Positions 26,201-39,525 of a stretch of 64,000 nucleotides of DNA are shown in pieces. This DNA comes from Squalus acanthias. Its lineage: Eukaryota. Position 1 is the stretch's first letter, and each line of letters starts with the position of its first letter. The DNA lies in contig CM059445.1 of the NCBI GenBank assembly GCA_030390025.1, positions 43,400,001 through 43,464,000 of the forward strand, written 5' to 3'. The position numbers were made by a program, and so were the translations under genes. The notes under the pieces are model-generated. The model saw only the letters and a list, made by a program, of their open reading frames with translations, ran no database searches and was not told the DNA's origin.

Positions 26201-27361
26201 CAAAGCAACTCTAATAAGCTGCTGCAGATCAGACGTTGTAATTCAAATACGTTTACACAGGGAGCAGATATAAATTATGACACTCATCTTTATTCTCTAG
26301 AAATGTAAAAGGAAATCAAAGTTCCCTCTGCTGTAACTCCTGGTATCCATTTATGTTGCACAGATTTTGATATAAAATAGCATGAAATCCACAGCAAATG
26401 CAGCATAGACTAATGCCCATGATGTCATGGGCAGGCAATAAAGCACATCGGTTAACCTGTGTCCATTGATAGTTACCCTACATTTTTACCTGAAATATCA
26501 CTGACAGAAAACCCAGTGAGATCCTCAAAGCTGAAAACCAAATCCAGAACAACTTCTACTACGTACAAATCAAATATTCCTGTCACATCAACCCAACTGG
26601 AACAGAGCCGCTAATTGCTCATTGTGCTGGAGATCTCCCTAAACTCAATCCCTCCCAACAAAATAGCACAAAACATGCTTGTTTTAATGAGGGTAGGCAG
26701 TATTTAGTACTGTGTGTCTAGCAAATGCAAACACAACGCCTGTGGAAAAGAGGCCAAGAAATAACTCTATCTGATGACAAGTTGGATGTATCTATAAAGC
26801 AACATAAACAGTCCCCACCTACATCAAGCTAAAAAACAGATTGAGATAAATCAGTCTAAATAGCAGACCCAATGGGAGCAAGTACAAGTAGAACCCTTAA
26901 GTCCTAGGGAAGTGTTGGAGAGGTGTGAGAGGAAAGTACAATTCTAAACATCTTCAGGATGTAACCTAAAATCCTGCCCTACTGGCAAATTACAGATAAT
27001 TAGAATAAAGATACCCAGCTCACTACTGAAGTGCACCCACCAGACTACCAACTGGGATGTCCCAGTGATCTTGATAGATCCTAACCTGGCCAACCATCTG
27101 TGTTTTCTACCAACTGCAGAACCTCAACCACTCAAACAATGTGGATCAAGTTACAGTGGAAGATGGCTCAGTTAGAATATAGAAAAGTTGTAAGATAAAA
27201 GAGTTTAAAAAATACAATACAGTAATGGCATGGTTTCTGACTGCATCACTTTGCTCATAATCTGGTTGCAGGTCGGCAAAATCTAATCAAAGTGCTGCAA
27301 CTGATTCTAAATGTGCAGAGGAACTCTAAAAATAGATACACAATCACAGTGGTTGTAGCTT

Positions 27362-27588
27362 GTTATGTGCGGGTTAGGTTGATTTGGCTATGATAAATTG
27401 ACCCTTAGTGTTAGGGGGGGATTAAATATGTGGGGTTACAGGGGTAGGGTGGGATATGTGTACTGTGGGGATTAAAGCAGGGACAGGGTACTGGATTTGG
27501 ATGATCAGCCATGATCGTATTGAATGGTGGAGCAGGCTCAACGGGCCGAATGGCCTACTCCTGCTCCTAGATTCTATGTTTCTATGTT
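27362..27588 (+). mobile_element. V-SINE (HE1-like) 3' part with CR1-derived tail
   Basis: 'gggttaggttgatttggctatgataaattgacccttagtgt' followed by the CR1 tail 'gggccgaatggcctactcctgctcctagattctatgtttctatg'. Confidence 0.65.
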
Positions 27589-29099
27589 AGCTCATCATTA
27601 GTGCTGTTCACCTAAATAAGTGCTGAAGTGTATCTGATGGAGGGACGGCAATCTGAGTTTTATGCACACGCACTCTGTTTCAGTTAGTTAATTCAGCTGA
27701 TTCCCGCAAACTTTTATCAATGCACTTTGTCACAGAATGACAGATTTGCACCTGTGATTCTCCACACAATGAGTTCCCAGTCTCAACTCGGCAAAGCAAG
27801 CAGATGCCAGGCACTTCCTCACAGTCAGAAGAGGGGAAAAAATAGCGAATGACTCACTCAAGCTGCTCATGTGAGATCCTAGCAGTCAGTTACAAAACAA
27901 CACTGGCAAAGGTCCGGTAGCAAAGTACCTGCCCAGCCTTTTGGCTAGGGGATGGTGCAGGAGCACTTAAAAAAGAGAAAACTTTTAAATGGGGAAGACA
28001 TTGCTTTTACATGTTTTATCAGCATAAGAATTAACAAGAATCCTCTATGAAACAACTTCTTAATGACTTCAAACTGCCAAGGAAATATAAATTAATTCTG
28101 AAATAAAATACATTTCATATTACAGTACTTCATCTATAGATTATAATTATTTTCTTGTAATAAAAGTATTGTTTCAAATTTTAACATTTTATCTACTACA
28201 ATTTACTAATGTAAATATTTCTCGGCAAGAAAGGAGAAGTGATATAAACAGGTGACTAAAGTTATTTTGCTGAAATATATATGCTTGTATTGGCAAAAGG
28301 ACACATGTATAGTGCTTTACAATTATTTTGTCATTTATAAAATAGAATGTACTAAAATGCATTTGTCGCTGACAGTAAAATAATTTAGTGCCAATTACTG
28401 TTTACTGGGCATGCCTGGATATACTACTTTTTTTTACCATTTCCAATGATGGATTTCCTATGCATAACACTTCCACTGAAGGTCTCTCTTTAAATGCTCG
28501 ATTTTGGTTTGTAAATGTATGCACAAAAGATTAACCAAAAAATTTGAATTTAATACATTGAAGATGCCAGAGATTGTTCTTCTAACCAAATGAGGGGGAT
28601 AAATGGCAAACTGGAGCCAGTTTGACTATTCCAAAAGATCTAATGCTGATCTAACTCAGGCATCAGGCTGAAAGCTCTTTGTCTTTACAGTATAATGGTT
28701 GGTGGCAGGTGGCTGGAGCCACAGTGCTGAAGGTAGTTTAAATACAGAAATGATTAATGGTCAATTGGGCAATGGGGAAGTGGAGGCGGCGAGCCCATAT
28801 TCCCTGTCAGCCTTATTAAAGCACAAGACTGTTTACCACCAGCCTTTAAAATATTTATTAAAAATGTTAGCTTGATTAACCATGTCCACTGTGCAAGAGG
28901 GTAGAAAGATGTTAACCAGGTATTTTCATCACAATTGATGCTGAAGTAGGAAAGAAAGGCTTTATATGTACAACTTGTAATCATGTCAGCCTGTCAGACA
29001 ACACCCACAAGTATGTGTCTTAGTTTATAGAGCATTATGTTAAGTAATAAAAAAACCCTAGGAGGTACTTCCGAAAAGGTCATGCCACAGACTATTTTA

Positions 29100-29499
29100 C
29101 AGGAAACTCTTTATTAACCGGCACCGACGGGACCGGCATGGTGCCGGTTTATCGAAAGTACCGGATAACGGAGAGTTATATCTACCGAGGCTATTTTTAA
29201 CAAAGAAAAATAAATAAATCAAGAAATGTGCAGTATACTTCCGACAGCGCCAGGAGGCCGAGTAGTGGCACTTTTGAAAACTACCCCTACTGACTAAATC
29301 GGCGTTCGCGGACTCGGACTTGGGATCGGCAACATTGCCGGTTATTTGAGAGGAGTTTTCGGAGTACTCGGCGTTCGCGGAGACTCGACTGCGACTCGGC
29401 AACATTGCCGGTTATTTGAGAGGAGTTTTCGGAGGATGATTTTTGCCGGTTAAGCGAGAATTCCGGATATTTGGGTGCCGGATAAACAAAAGTTTCCTG
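29100..29499. mobile_element. Tc1/mariner-superfamily (Tigger/pogo-like) MITE
   Basis: TA TSD (29098-99, 29500-01); about 26-bp TIRs caggaaactctttattaaccggcacc / ggtgccggataaacaaaagtttcctg; internal direct repeat of about 67 bp. Confidence 0.85.
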
Positions 29500-29664
29500 T
29501 ACTGCACTCTCCACTCCTGTTTCCAAGCCTGTAGCTGTTTACCCTCTTCTCCGACTAAATTTATAGTTTTCTCCCCTCCTTTTACAGCCACCAACAGAGA
29601 GTTTAGTGCATTACAGTACGTGGGGCAATTATACATTATAGAGAATACAACCAGCCATGATGAG

Positions 29665-29965
29665 TAAGGACAAAAACTAGGGGCCATAGATATAAGATAG
29701 TCACTAATAAATTAAGTAAGAAATTCAGGCGAAACTTCTTTATTCAGAGAGTGGTTAGAATGTGGAACTTGCTACCACATGGAGTGGTTGAGGCAAATAA
29801 CATAGATGCATTTAAGAGGAAATTAGATAAGTACATGAGGGAGAATGGAATAGGATACGTTGATAGGGTGAGGTGAAGTAAGGTGGGAGGAAGGCTCATG
29901 TGCAGCATAGACCTGTTGGGCCAGATGGTCTGTTTCTGTGCTGCAAATTCCAAGTAATTCTATGT
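29665..29965 (+). mobile_element. CR1 3' end fragment
   Basis: 'aaactaggggccatagatataagatag...cagagagtggttagaatgtggaact' (FRRNFF.QRVVRMWN-like) and 3' UTR. Same subfamily as 39225 and 47540. Confidence 0.8.
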
Positions 29966-30939
29966 AAAACGCACAATAAGAAACCTCTGCCTAGATTCCC
30001 AAAATATCTTGCGCACATGTCTTTGCCAAAAAAAGAACTGTTAGAGCTTTCTTACACATGCAAAGCTCCACACTGCACATGATACAACTTGGCTTCTGTA
30101 TTCTCACTTGGGAACAACTGAAAATTTTCTGAAAATGGAACATGCTGTAAACCACCACATATGTAGAATGTTTTTTCCCCCCCCATAATTCACAGTGGCC
30201 CATTCACGTCAGGCAGGCAGTGTCAGGCAAGAAGCAACATGGCCTCAGACTACCAGCCTTAGAAGTTTTGGCAGCCCTGAAGGATTTGTAGAGATGCTGA
30301 AATTACAAGGTAGTAAACATTCCACATAATGATTAAATACTAGCTAAGTTGACTCTACCATACCTAGGTCCCTGAGCAAATGGATGATTTTTTTTTTTAA
30401 GTTTGGTTTTATTGTCTTATTCTTTGCTCTTTTTATCTTCTGAATCTTAATTTTTGACATGAATTTTTTTTTTTAAATAATTATTATTTGGCAAATATAG
30501 TTTTCTTTCAGATGGAATTATATGTGCAAATACAAGACAGAAAATGCAGTAATGTGATAAATGTTAAAAGGGCAATTTTGCATAATAATCATCCTAATCT
30601 GGTGAAGCTAGTCTCAGTGAGTCGCAGCTTTATCGTGGTTTGAGACAGTTAATAAATATTTTATTTTGATTGGTTAATTCCAACTTGTGGTAAAATCATT
30701 ATGGTAAAACCAATCTGTAATTCTAGGTCAGTCAGCTGACCATTTGTAGTACTCTGATTGCTACACAAAAGTCAAAATGGAAGATAAAAGCTAATTGGAC
30801 CTATGAAAGATACATGTCAGGGACTGGTGGTTTACAGAAAAATAAACCTCTTGAATGATGCTGATTGCATGAGTGCCTCAGGAACCAACTTATTTTGGCT
30901 TACCTTTAACAAACTATTGGTTTCAGGGCTACATGTATT

Positions 30940-31685
30940 GGCCCGTAATTTCTGATAGGAGGCATCCGCACGCAGGAAGCCTCCTATCAGGAAAAAATCT
31001 ACGTCCTTACCTGAGGGCTCCCGAGGTCCAGCCATTTCCGCTCCTGGGCCTCTCCTGGTGCGTGCGCGCACACACAGAGGCCCAGGTATCCTAGGGGCGC
31101 AGACGGTTCGCAAGCGCCCCTGGGATCATGTGGGCCAGGCGAGCCAATGGGAGAAGGGAATCCCCTTCATACTTTTGACAGGTAAATCTGTCAAAAGTAT
31201 GAATGGGGATCACTGAAAAAAGACATCAAAACATTAAATAATTTTTTTTTATTACGCTTTTAAAATCAGTTAAATATTTTAAACAAAAATTTAATTTTTT
31301 GAAAAAATAATTTGTTTTTTACGGGGCTAGAAATAAACTTACCTTTTTTCAAAATATTTTTACATTATAAATTAGTGGAAAAAATATATATATTTTTTAA
31401 CTTTTTTAAACTCTTATGCTGGTAAAAGCAGGCCTTACGCTGCTTTTACCAGGCGTAAGATTTTTAAGGGATTTCAGCGGGCGGAGGTTCTGCAGAAAGC
31501 GGAACTCTCCCCCCGCAGAGGCCCTTCTCCAGGGCAGGCGGAGGATCTGTCAAGAGGATTCTTGACAGATCGGAAGTGCCGGTTTTCAGCGCATGCGCTT
31601 CGCATGCCTGAAACCGGCACTTGCGAGGTCCCTACGGGTGTGTACACAGCGCATACACACTCGTAGGGATCGGAAATTACGGGCC
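30940..31685 (-). mobile_element. MITE family B, copy 2
   Basis: TIRs ggcccgtaatttctgat / atcggaaattacgggcc (16 of 17 match); TSD ATT. Confidence 0.9.
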
Positions 31686-31765
31686 ATTATGTTACAATAC
31701 AGTAAACACTGCAAAAGAGCATTCCATCCATTCAGAAACTGTACATCCTAACTTCTGGTTTCATT

Positions 31766-32564
31766 GGGGGCGATTTTGCCAGCCCTGGGGAGGCGTGACT
31801 GCCGGGAAAATGGCAGAAACTGGGAGCGGGTACCCATTCCGCCCCCAACCAGCCTCCATGCCATCTTCCCAGGAGGCGGGTCCCGTCTCCGAGGCAGGAA
31901 GGGGATTACAGCCACTTAACTGACTATTAACAGGTAGTTAACAGGCAGTTAAGAGGATTATCCCCATTTTTCCAGCAGAGGTGCGGGCTTCCCGACGTTG
32001 GGAAACCCCGCCAGGGTCACCTGAGGCGAGTAGTGGGTCTGCGGGGGTGAGAGGGGTTGAAAAGTGCACTGTGGAGGTGAGTGATGGGTGCAAGTGTGGA
32101 GAGGTAAGTATGAGAGGTGAGTGAAAAGTGTTAGAAAAAGTTTACTTACCTTTGTTTCTTCCTCCAGGCTTCAATCGTTGGGGAACCGGAGGCTCCGGCA
32201 TCTCCACGGCAGAGATGATAGAATGGCTGCTGCATTCTCCGATGCAACAGCCATCTGCTTTCTGCTCAGGAAATAGGTTTGGTGGGTCTTGAGTACAAGA
32301 ACTCACCAAACAACAGAGAATGTCAGTGTTTGACAGCTTCTCAAAGCTGTCAAATGATGATAATCCATCTGTCAAAAACGTCATACGCTGACGTTCTCTG
32401 TCACCAGCTTTCCCTTAATTGGCCTGCTAAACCCGCAGGGCGGGCTTAACAAGGTCAATCAAGGGAAAATAGCGTGGGTTGGCCAGACGTCGATGCAGGC
32501 GGGACTGAAACCCGACAAGCAGCAGCCCCGCCTCCAACGCGCCCCCATTGATAAAATTCCCCCC
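31766..32564 (+). mobile_element. MITE family C, copy 2
   Basis: TIRs gggggcgatttt / aaaattcccccc; TSD ATT (31763-65, 32565-67); colinear with 25366-26138. Confidence 0.9.
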
Positions 32565-33619
32565 ATTATTTCTGTAGAGTTTTCTGAAAATAATTCTAAA
32601 ACTAACGAAGCTCACATTCAAATATTTGCTACCATTCACAGCAGATTCATTATTTTTTAATCTGGAAAGCTGTCAAATAAATTTTTGGAATTCATAATAT
32701 TAATAAAATGCAGCCAATATTAAAAGACAGCAGCCATTATAGCCGAGATGTAAGCTAATGGGCAGGTCCAAAGCACATTCAAGAACTATATTTTAAAAAA
32801 GATAATTAAATTCAATACCAATAACGAAAAATATAAATAATCAAATATAATCTGGATATTTACACTAATATTTTTTGCTTTATTAATATTCTTTTTTGTG
32901 GTTTAAAAGGCTAGCGCTAGAAGAAAGAAACTCAAAGAAGCACTCACGAATCTGAACCTTCCCAATACTGCACAATAAAAAACAGACTAATAATATTTAG
33001 TCAGTCAATGTCACAGCAGTGAGCTGAGATTATATATCCATCAAAATTAATTTTGGCCATTCATTCAACTACTTTTTAGAATCCTTATTTGTGTCTAATT
33101 CATTCCTGGTGCACAGTATACATGGCAACTGCATAATCTAAAACAAAAGCAAGAACTCCGCCAAAAATACCCGTAAGCTCATTTCATTAAGGAATCCCCA
33201 AGCGTGCTCAATTAATCTACTATTCTGACCGGTTTCTTTTAGGAGAATCACTCAAAACTGTCTGAAAATGTTGGAAATTAATTGTGCATAGATCATTTTG
33301 TTTTTATAATTCAAACAATAAAAATAAAAAGGGATGTCGGCTATTTATTTAAAGATACATCACAGGCCACGTACAAGGGAAGTGCTGAAGCCTAAGTGTG
33401 ACCATTCTCTACAATATAACCTGTTTTTCTAAGACTGCACTAGAACATTTTCGATTCTAACAGGTGCCACAGCCATTATCTGCATTGCACATAATCCAAG
33501 TTTACAATTATCAGGATCAAACAATGCGAGCGAAGAACTGTAGAAACTCGATTAACATAACCCATCTCAGTGAGCTTCCTGATTTATCTTTTCTATGACT
33601 AGGTTAAATTTTGACCACA

Positions 33620-33790
33620 ACAATAACAACAACTTGCAGGAACATTATCAGACAAAATGCGACACCGAGCCACATAAATACATATTGGGACAGGTGGCCA
33701 AAAGCTCGGTCAGAGAGATAGGTTTTAAGGAGCGACTTAAAAAAGAGGAAGAGGGGTTTAGGGAGGGAATTCCAGAGCTTAAGGCCACAG
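33620..33790 (-). mobile_element. L2-type 3' end fragment
   Basis: LKLWNSLPKPL...FKSLLKTYL.DRAF on the minus strand. A related copy lies on + at about 40740-40935. Confidence 0.6.
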
Positions 33791-34138
33791 ACTCGGTTAT
33801 GGGCACTAGATGGTTTTAAGGACATATTTTCCATCTTTGTGGAGGGGGGGGGGGCGCGCGGGGAGGAACTCAGGGAAAAGGTTGTCTGTCAAACTTCAAG
33901 TTAATGTGCCTGGCAATGAACTATCCGTGGATAAACCACAATACAATGGAAAATATCCCCTAGATCACCCTCAAGAAGTTCTTGCGCATTGAATGTCAAT
34001 CACGGAACAGGCTCCCGAGGTATTTATGTAATGTTTGAAGTGCAATACATGCCCATATGTTGTTATTTATTTTTAAACTATGACCACGTTGACGGCTGGA
34101 TCTTTTTGTCAGACATCCTCAGGCTAGGTGATGCTTAC

Positions 34139-34215
34139 ATTGCCTGTCTGCACCAGGAGGAAAATTGAAAACATTCCATCATTAGCTTCCTTTCTGAGAT
34201 CCCGATCTCTTAAAT
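34139..34215 (-). other. Candidate internal 77-nt host exon (5' UTR or short coding start)
   Basis: Strong acceptor tgtttttgctttacag|ATTTAAG and donor GGCAAT|gtaagc, about 0.5 kb downstream of the candidate first exon. Confidence 0.55.
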
Positions 34216-34749
34216 CTGTAAAGCAAAAACACTCGAGGGGGGACGGGGGAGAAAATGCCTTTTTAAACAGAGTTAGTAATTTCACACCAGCAACAGCAGA
34301 CATTACAGGTTTGGAGACACTTGGCATAGCAGAGTGGTTCTGCACTACACTGATTTTACTGAGGTGCAGCTGTCAGGACAGTTAACACTCAGGACCCAAA
34401 TTTTAATCAATGAATCCAAGAAAACTGAAGGCTTGCCTGGAGCATAAAGTCCTGCTCATCATTCCCAAAATACATGGCACATCGTCATCGACAACCCTTG
34501 TTGGTAAGGGAGAGTAAATCATCCATTTTCATATCAAGCATAATTAAACATATTCCAAATAAACCAACTAATTACATCCAATTATTTTTGCTTTCAAGTG
34601 TATTTCCTTTCAGTCATGTTTTCCATCTTTAAGAGGCACTTGAGTTATTTTTACAAAAGTTTGAGGAAATATGGAAATAGAGCTCTAAAATAATGCAATG
34701 AGAAAATGGAGGAAAAAAAAAGCAGAATAAGGCTGGACAGTCCCAATAC

Positions 34750-35060
34750 CTGGATCTGCTGAAACAGTGAATCATTTCGACTGGTTGCACAAAAAGCTCT
34801 CAATTAACGCCGTCACCCTTTAACCCAGTCCATGAGCGCAGACATGAAAGAAGAACCCGGACAAGCTGCCTTCTCTGCTCGCCAGAGAGTGTGGTCGGGC
34901 TTGTGTGGCAGAGGCGAACAGCCCGCCGTCTCCGGCGCTGGGGGGTGGGTTTGCGAGTGAGTGTGAGGGAGTATTTGTGATCCAAGTGCCTCCCACTGGC
35001 AGAGCTCCACGCCTCTGGAGCAGCGCGCACACACACACACACACACAGAGCTCAGGTAAC
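34750..35060. promoter_or_regulatory. CpG-rich non-repeat region: candidate promoter/first exon(s), possibly bidirectional
   Basis: High GC/CpG without TE hallmarks; minus-strand donor ATCCAG|gtattg at 34750; plus-strand donor CTCAG|gtaaca at about 35056; (CA)n at about 35028-35047. Confidence 0.5.
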
Positions 35061-35468
35061 ACTCAGCACTAACCTCTCGCTATATTCTTCACTGCTGGCG
35101 AAACCCAAAGAGCTGGATGTGCGATCCGATCATTAGATAGATGCAAGTACGCAGATAAACTACAAGAAAGAAGCCGAGATGAGCTGCTCGTGTCCCATTA
35201 TATCTATATACATCGACTGGTATAACCACAATTCGGGGAATTAGAGTGGAACACACACCACACACACACAAAATCCAAAGCCTGCCGTCATTTTCCCTCG
35301 ACCTTTTCTGTATTTAATGTCAGTGCTTATAAGGAAAACTCAGCATGTAAACTTGTTATTATAACTTCCTACCAGTGGAGGAACTGTGCCACTGGCAGGA
35401 GGGCGTCATTATAGCACAAGTTTACCTAGACAGTTTCCATTATAAATGTGGACATAGAAACTTATACT

Positions 35469-36071
35469 GGCCCGGATTTTGCGTTAAGAATAACGGTGAG
35501 ACGAACAGCGCTCACTTATTATGGAGTAAATCGGACAACAACTCCCGGAGTCCGCACATGCGCAGTTAAACGCGGACATCGGGAAGTTGCTGTCCGATTT
35601 ACTCTGCTCCTCCACAAGCTACTCTACCTCGCCAATAGACTCGGCATTGAAATCCACGCAAGGGCATGAAGTTGTTGTACTTACCCACCAAACACGCCAG
35701 AATGCTGGTGCATTCAGGTCTAAGTGAATTTTTAACAGCGTGATAAGTCTTAATTACTGCCAAACAACCTCTCAGGCCCTTATTTTGCTTTCTGTACATG
35801 ATTTTACAATGAATTAAATATCCAAATTTATACTTCCTGGTTTAGACTCTGCGTTTCTCAGTGAGGATTCTTCAGTGTGATTGGTTGAAGAGCCTTGCTG
35901 TTGCATGCCAGCTCACACACGCCACAGATCTCCTGTAGAGGGCGCTTCGCTGGATCAGCTGCCCAATGACAGCAAGTTGCCGCTCAAAAACCCACAAAAA
36001 GTCTGTGGGCAGCGAAAAACATAGTGCACGGCGAGCACCGTTTCTTCACCGCTGACCACAAAATCCGGGCC
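35469..36071 (+). mobile_element. MITE family D, complete copy
   Basis: Perfect 13-bp TIRs ggcccggattttg / caaaatccgggcc; flanks ACT/AAT (near-TSD). Confidence 0.85.
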
Positions 36072-36084
36072 AATGGAATATATA

Positions 36085-36530
36085 AGCCCAGATTTTCCTG
36101 TCAAAATAACAGTGAGGCTAATGGCGCTGGCCATTATTTATGTATAAATGATACAGCAACTTCTGGCGAGGGGCAGACACACAGTTAAACTCAAATATCC
36201 AAAAATTGCTGTCCAAGTTGCGTCGCTCTACCATTAACTTCATGAAAACGGCATCTCGCTGTCTGCCTCACCACTGAAATGGCGTGAAGTTGCTATATTT
36301 GCGCTGTAGATACGAACTAAATTCGCCACAGAAAATTAAGTCTTGTCCATTCCAGTCTAGATATCCTTTAAACGAGATGATAAGTGTTAATTACTGCCAA
36401 ACAACCTCTCTGGCACTGAAAATGAACTATTAGAAGTGTGGAGCCTCATTCCTTCATGTTTTAATGGTTGTTGGAGATTTAAAAATGTAAAATTAAAAAT
36501 TTTTTTTTTTACTTTTTCTTTGTCTCTTCT
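36085..36530 (+). mobile_element. MITE family D-related copy, 3'-truncated
   Basis: Left end agcccagattttcc; shares 'ttaattactgccaaacaacctctctggcactgaaa' with the other D copies. Confidence 0.75.
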
Positions 36531-37399
36531 TCTGCTCGTTGGGAGGGGCAGGTGTATGCAAACAGTATATTTATACACTTTGTAATTTTACTTGATATCT
36601 TTTTTGGTTTATATTGTGATTAAAGTCAGACTGGATTGGTTTTATTATTGTTTGCATTTCTTTGTGTAAATTTAGAATATAAAAAAGGAATGGGGAAAAA
36701 AAAAACCATAATGAACAGATAACGCACAAATCATGAAACCCAAATACTGTAAGTGGAATATAAAGTATTTCCTCAGTTCTTAACAATATTTTCTGTTTAT
36801 CTCGTACCTTAAAGATGCATTTAAACATGAGCCTTGCATGAAGCCAAGTATCTTCATGGATTGTGCATTGGCTCCAGTGGTATCTCTAGGACTGGATAAA
36901 TTTAAATTTAGCTGTCAGCTTGAGGCTGCCTGAGCAATATTACTTTATTATTGTGTAATACAGGTCAGGAATATTAATGTAAACAGTCTCAAGGTTTTTT
37001 TTTTACATTTCAGTAAATAGATTATGGGAAATACTGAAATATGAAAAATAAAATGTACATTTAATACACAAACTAAATTTAACACACTGAAAATAATGAT
37101 CACAAACTCTTGAGCATTGCTCTGATTGGCAAACGATTTCTATAGGAAATGGCATTTAAATAATAGTGTCTAGATTAGCACATTTTAGCATCAGCAGATC
37201 ATATCTAACAATGCCTGTCATTTTTGTGTTCAGCTGGTGACTTTTTTCCCTTGGTTACTGAGGATTGTTGTATGAAAGGATGAATTTTTCTATCAGCACA
37301 ATATAGATTTGCCAAGACTAATTAGCAGTCTTGAACAACATGCAAGTCATTGCATACATAAATTACAATCATCATTCCCAAAGGCAGTTCCTATGGAGT

Positions 37400-37510
37400 G
37401 GAAGAAAAATGAAGAGGGGAAGAAAGAAAGGGTGAGGGGGCGGGGGGGGGGAGAAGAAATGAAGGAGGAAAGGAAGGGAAGGGATGAAGGAAAGGGGAGA
37501 GAGGAAGCGT
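37400..37510. repeat. Polypurine low-complexity tract
   Basis: GA-rich 'gaagaggggaagaaagaaaggg...gaggaag'. Confidence 0.7.
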
Positions 37511-38043
37511 AGTCAAAAGGCAAATGGATGAACGTGCAGTTTGAAACATAAGTGCAAAATGAAAGAAAATGAAAACAAAATTATAGAACAAGAACTGAGC
37601 CAAGACATCACAAGATAATGAAGAACAGAGAACACTTTCACCTTCTTTGACGTAAGAGGAGAAAAGGCGTTTTTGATTTGGTTCTTCATCACTGTTCTAG
37701 TCTTATTAATGAGCTCCAACCTCATTACGGTAAATCAACTTGACAAAGACTAAATATCATAATTTATTCTGACAAATGTTAGAATAATTGAATGTTGATT
37801 TAAAAGGTATGAAACAAGTACACAGTGATAAAAACATTTGAATTCAGTAAGAGGTAAACACAATTCCATTTTGAAATTCACCTCCACTCCACCAGAACCA
37901 ATTCAATTCCATTGCATTCTGATGGCAATCAGCAAAAATAATCTTCCACATAAAAAATGTCTCGAGTTACTGGTGTCACTGAAAAAGTTAATCCTCACAC
38001 CATCAAAACCGCAAAATAAGAAAAGATAACTATAGCAGATAAT

Positions 38044-38805
38044 GGCCCAGAAATTAAACATCGATGGTTGCCACGGGGGTAAGGATTCCCCGCGATCTCG
38101 CACTCCGTGCCTACATTTTTGTTTCGGGCCCACACGAACTTCAGTTTCAGGGCCTCTCCCTGTTGCCGGCGTGCAGTGCTTGCGTGTCCCAGAGGCGCAA
38201 TTAGTTCGTGCGAGCTCTGGGATCACATGATTCAGTTAGAGCCAATGGCAGCACACCATCTTTCATTCATAGTTTTGACAGCAAGGGCTGTCAAAGCTAT
38301 GAATACTACAAGCCCCCAAAAGAACAGCTAAACCTCAATTAAATAAAAAAAAAGCCATCACATTAATAAAATAACTATAGTTAAATAACTTAACCACTTT
38401 AAACAAAAAATTAAATTTTTGAAAAAATTTAAATTCTTTTTAAAAGTTATAAAAATAAACTTACCTTTCTTTAAAGTCTCTAAAAAAGATAAACCTGTTG
38501 AAATTTTTTTAAATAACACTTAATTAACTACTTACCTTGTTAAAAGGGGGTCCTACGCCTGCTTTCTTTATGTGTAATATCTTCACCACTTACCTGCGCG
38601 TTCAAACCTGAAAAAAAAACTAAATGCACTGCGTGCGCGCAGCCTGTAGCGCGCACGCGGTTCACTTAGGAACCGCCCCCTTTGCAATACACGAAGTGCC
38701 GATTTCCCGCGCATGCACAGTGCATGCAGGAAACCGGCAATTCTGGACCTAATACGCGAGAGTACACAGTGCGTACTCTCGCGTATTAGGTCTAATTTTC
38801 GGGCC
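38044..38805 (-). mobile_element. MITE family B-related, copy 3 (divergent)
   Basis: Ends ggcccagaaatta / taattttcgggcc; same layout as the other B copies; perfect 20-bp stem at 38746-38792. Confidence 0.8.
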
Positions 38806-38959
38806 AAAATGGAGATTACTGAGAAAAAGCCGACAGTCAAAATAACCACCATGCAAATAAATAGTAATACTGATACAGGCCAGGAAGACTGGTATTGCTG
38901 GGGATGTTGGGAGTACTGCTGATCTAATGAGAGGTATGGAGATTAACATGGAACAGCAG

Positions 38960-39190
38960 CAACAAGAAAGAAAGAGCTTGCATTTATATAGCGTCTCAGG
39001 ACGTCCAGAAACACTTTACAGTCAATTAAGTACTTTTGAAGTGTAGTCACTACTGTAATGTAAGAAACGCGGCAGCCAATTTGCGAACAGCGAAGTCCCA
39101 ACAGTAATGTGATAATGACCAGATAATCTGTTTTAGGTGTTGTCTGAAGGATACATATTGGTCAGTAGACTAGGAGAACTCCCCCCAGCT
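38960..39190 (-). mobile_element. Deu-type SINE 3' part
   Basis: 'aagaaagaaagagcttgcatttatatagcg...aatgaccagataatctgtttt'. Confidence 0.7.
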
Positions 39191-39224
39191 TGAGACAGGG
39201 CCTCCAATCAAAATTACATTGTTT

Positions 39225-39525
39225 AAACATAGAATTAACAGCACAGAAACAGGCCATTCAGCCCAACTGGTCTATGGTGGTGTTTATGCTCCACTCGAGC
39301 CGCCTCCCACCCCTCTTCATCTAACTCTATCAACACAACCTTCTATTCCTTTCTCCCTCATGTGTTTATCTAGCTTCTCCTTAAATGCATCTATGCTATT
39401 CGCCTCAACTACTCCTGTGGTAACGAGTTCCACATTCTAGTCACGCTCTGGGTAAAGAAGTTCCTCCTGAATTCCATATTTGATTTAAAAGTAACTATCT
39501 TATATTTATGGTCCCTAGTTTTGGG
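39225..39525 (-). mobile_element. CR1 3' end fragment
   Basis: Reverse complement of the 29665-29965 type. Confidence 0.8.

Noticed and set aside
29299-29434. Direct repeats as CRISPR-like arrays (also 53133-53278 and 58445-58600)
   Set aside because: Only two or three units, no unique spacers, no cas genes, eukaryotic TE context.
36829-36875. Small hairpin as a miRNA/snoRNA
   Set aside because: The stem is too short and interrupted, with no box motifs or recognisable mature sequence.
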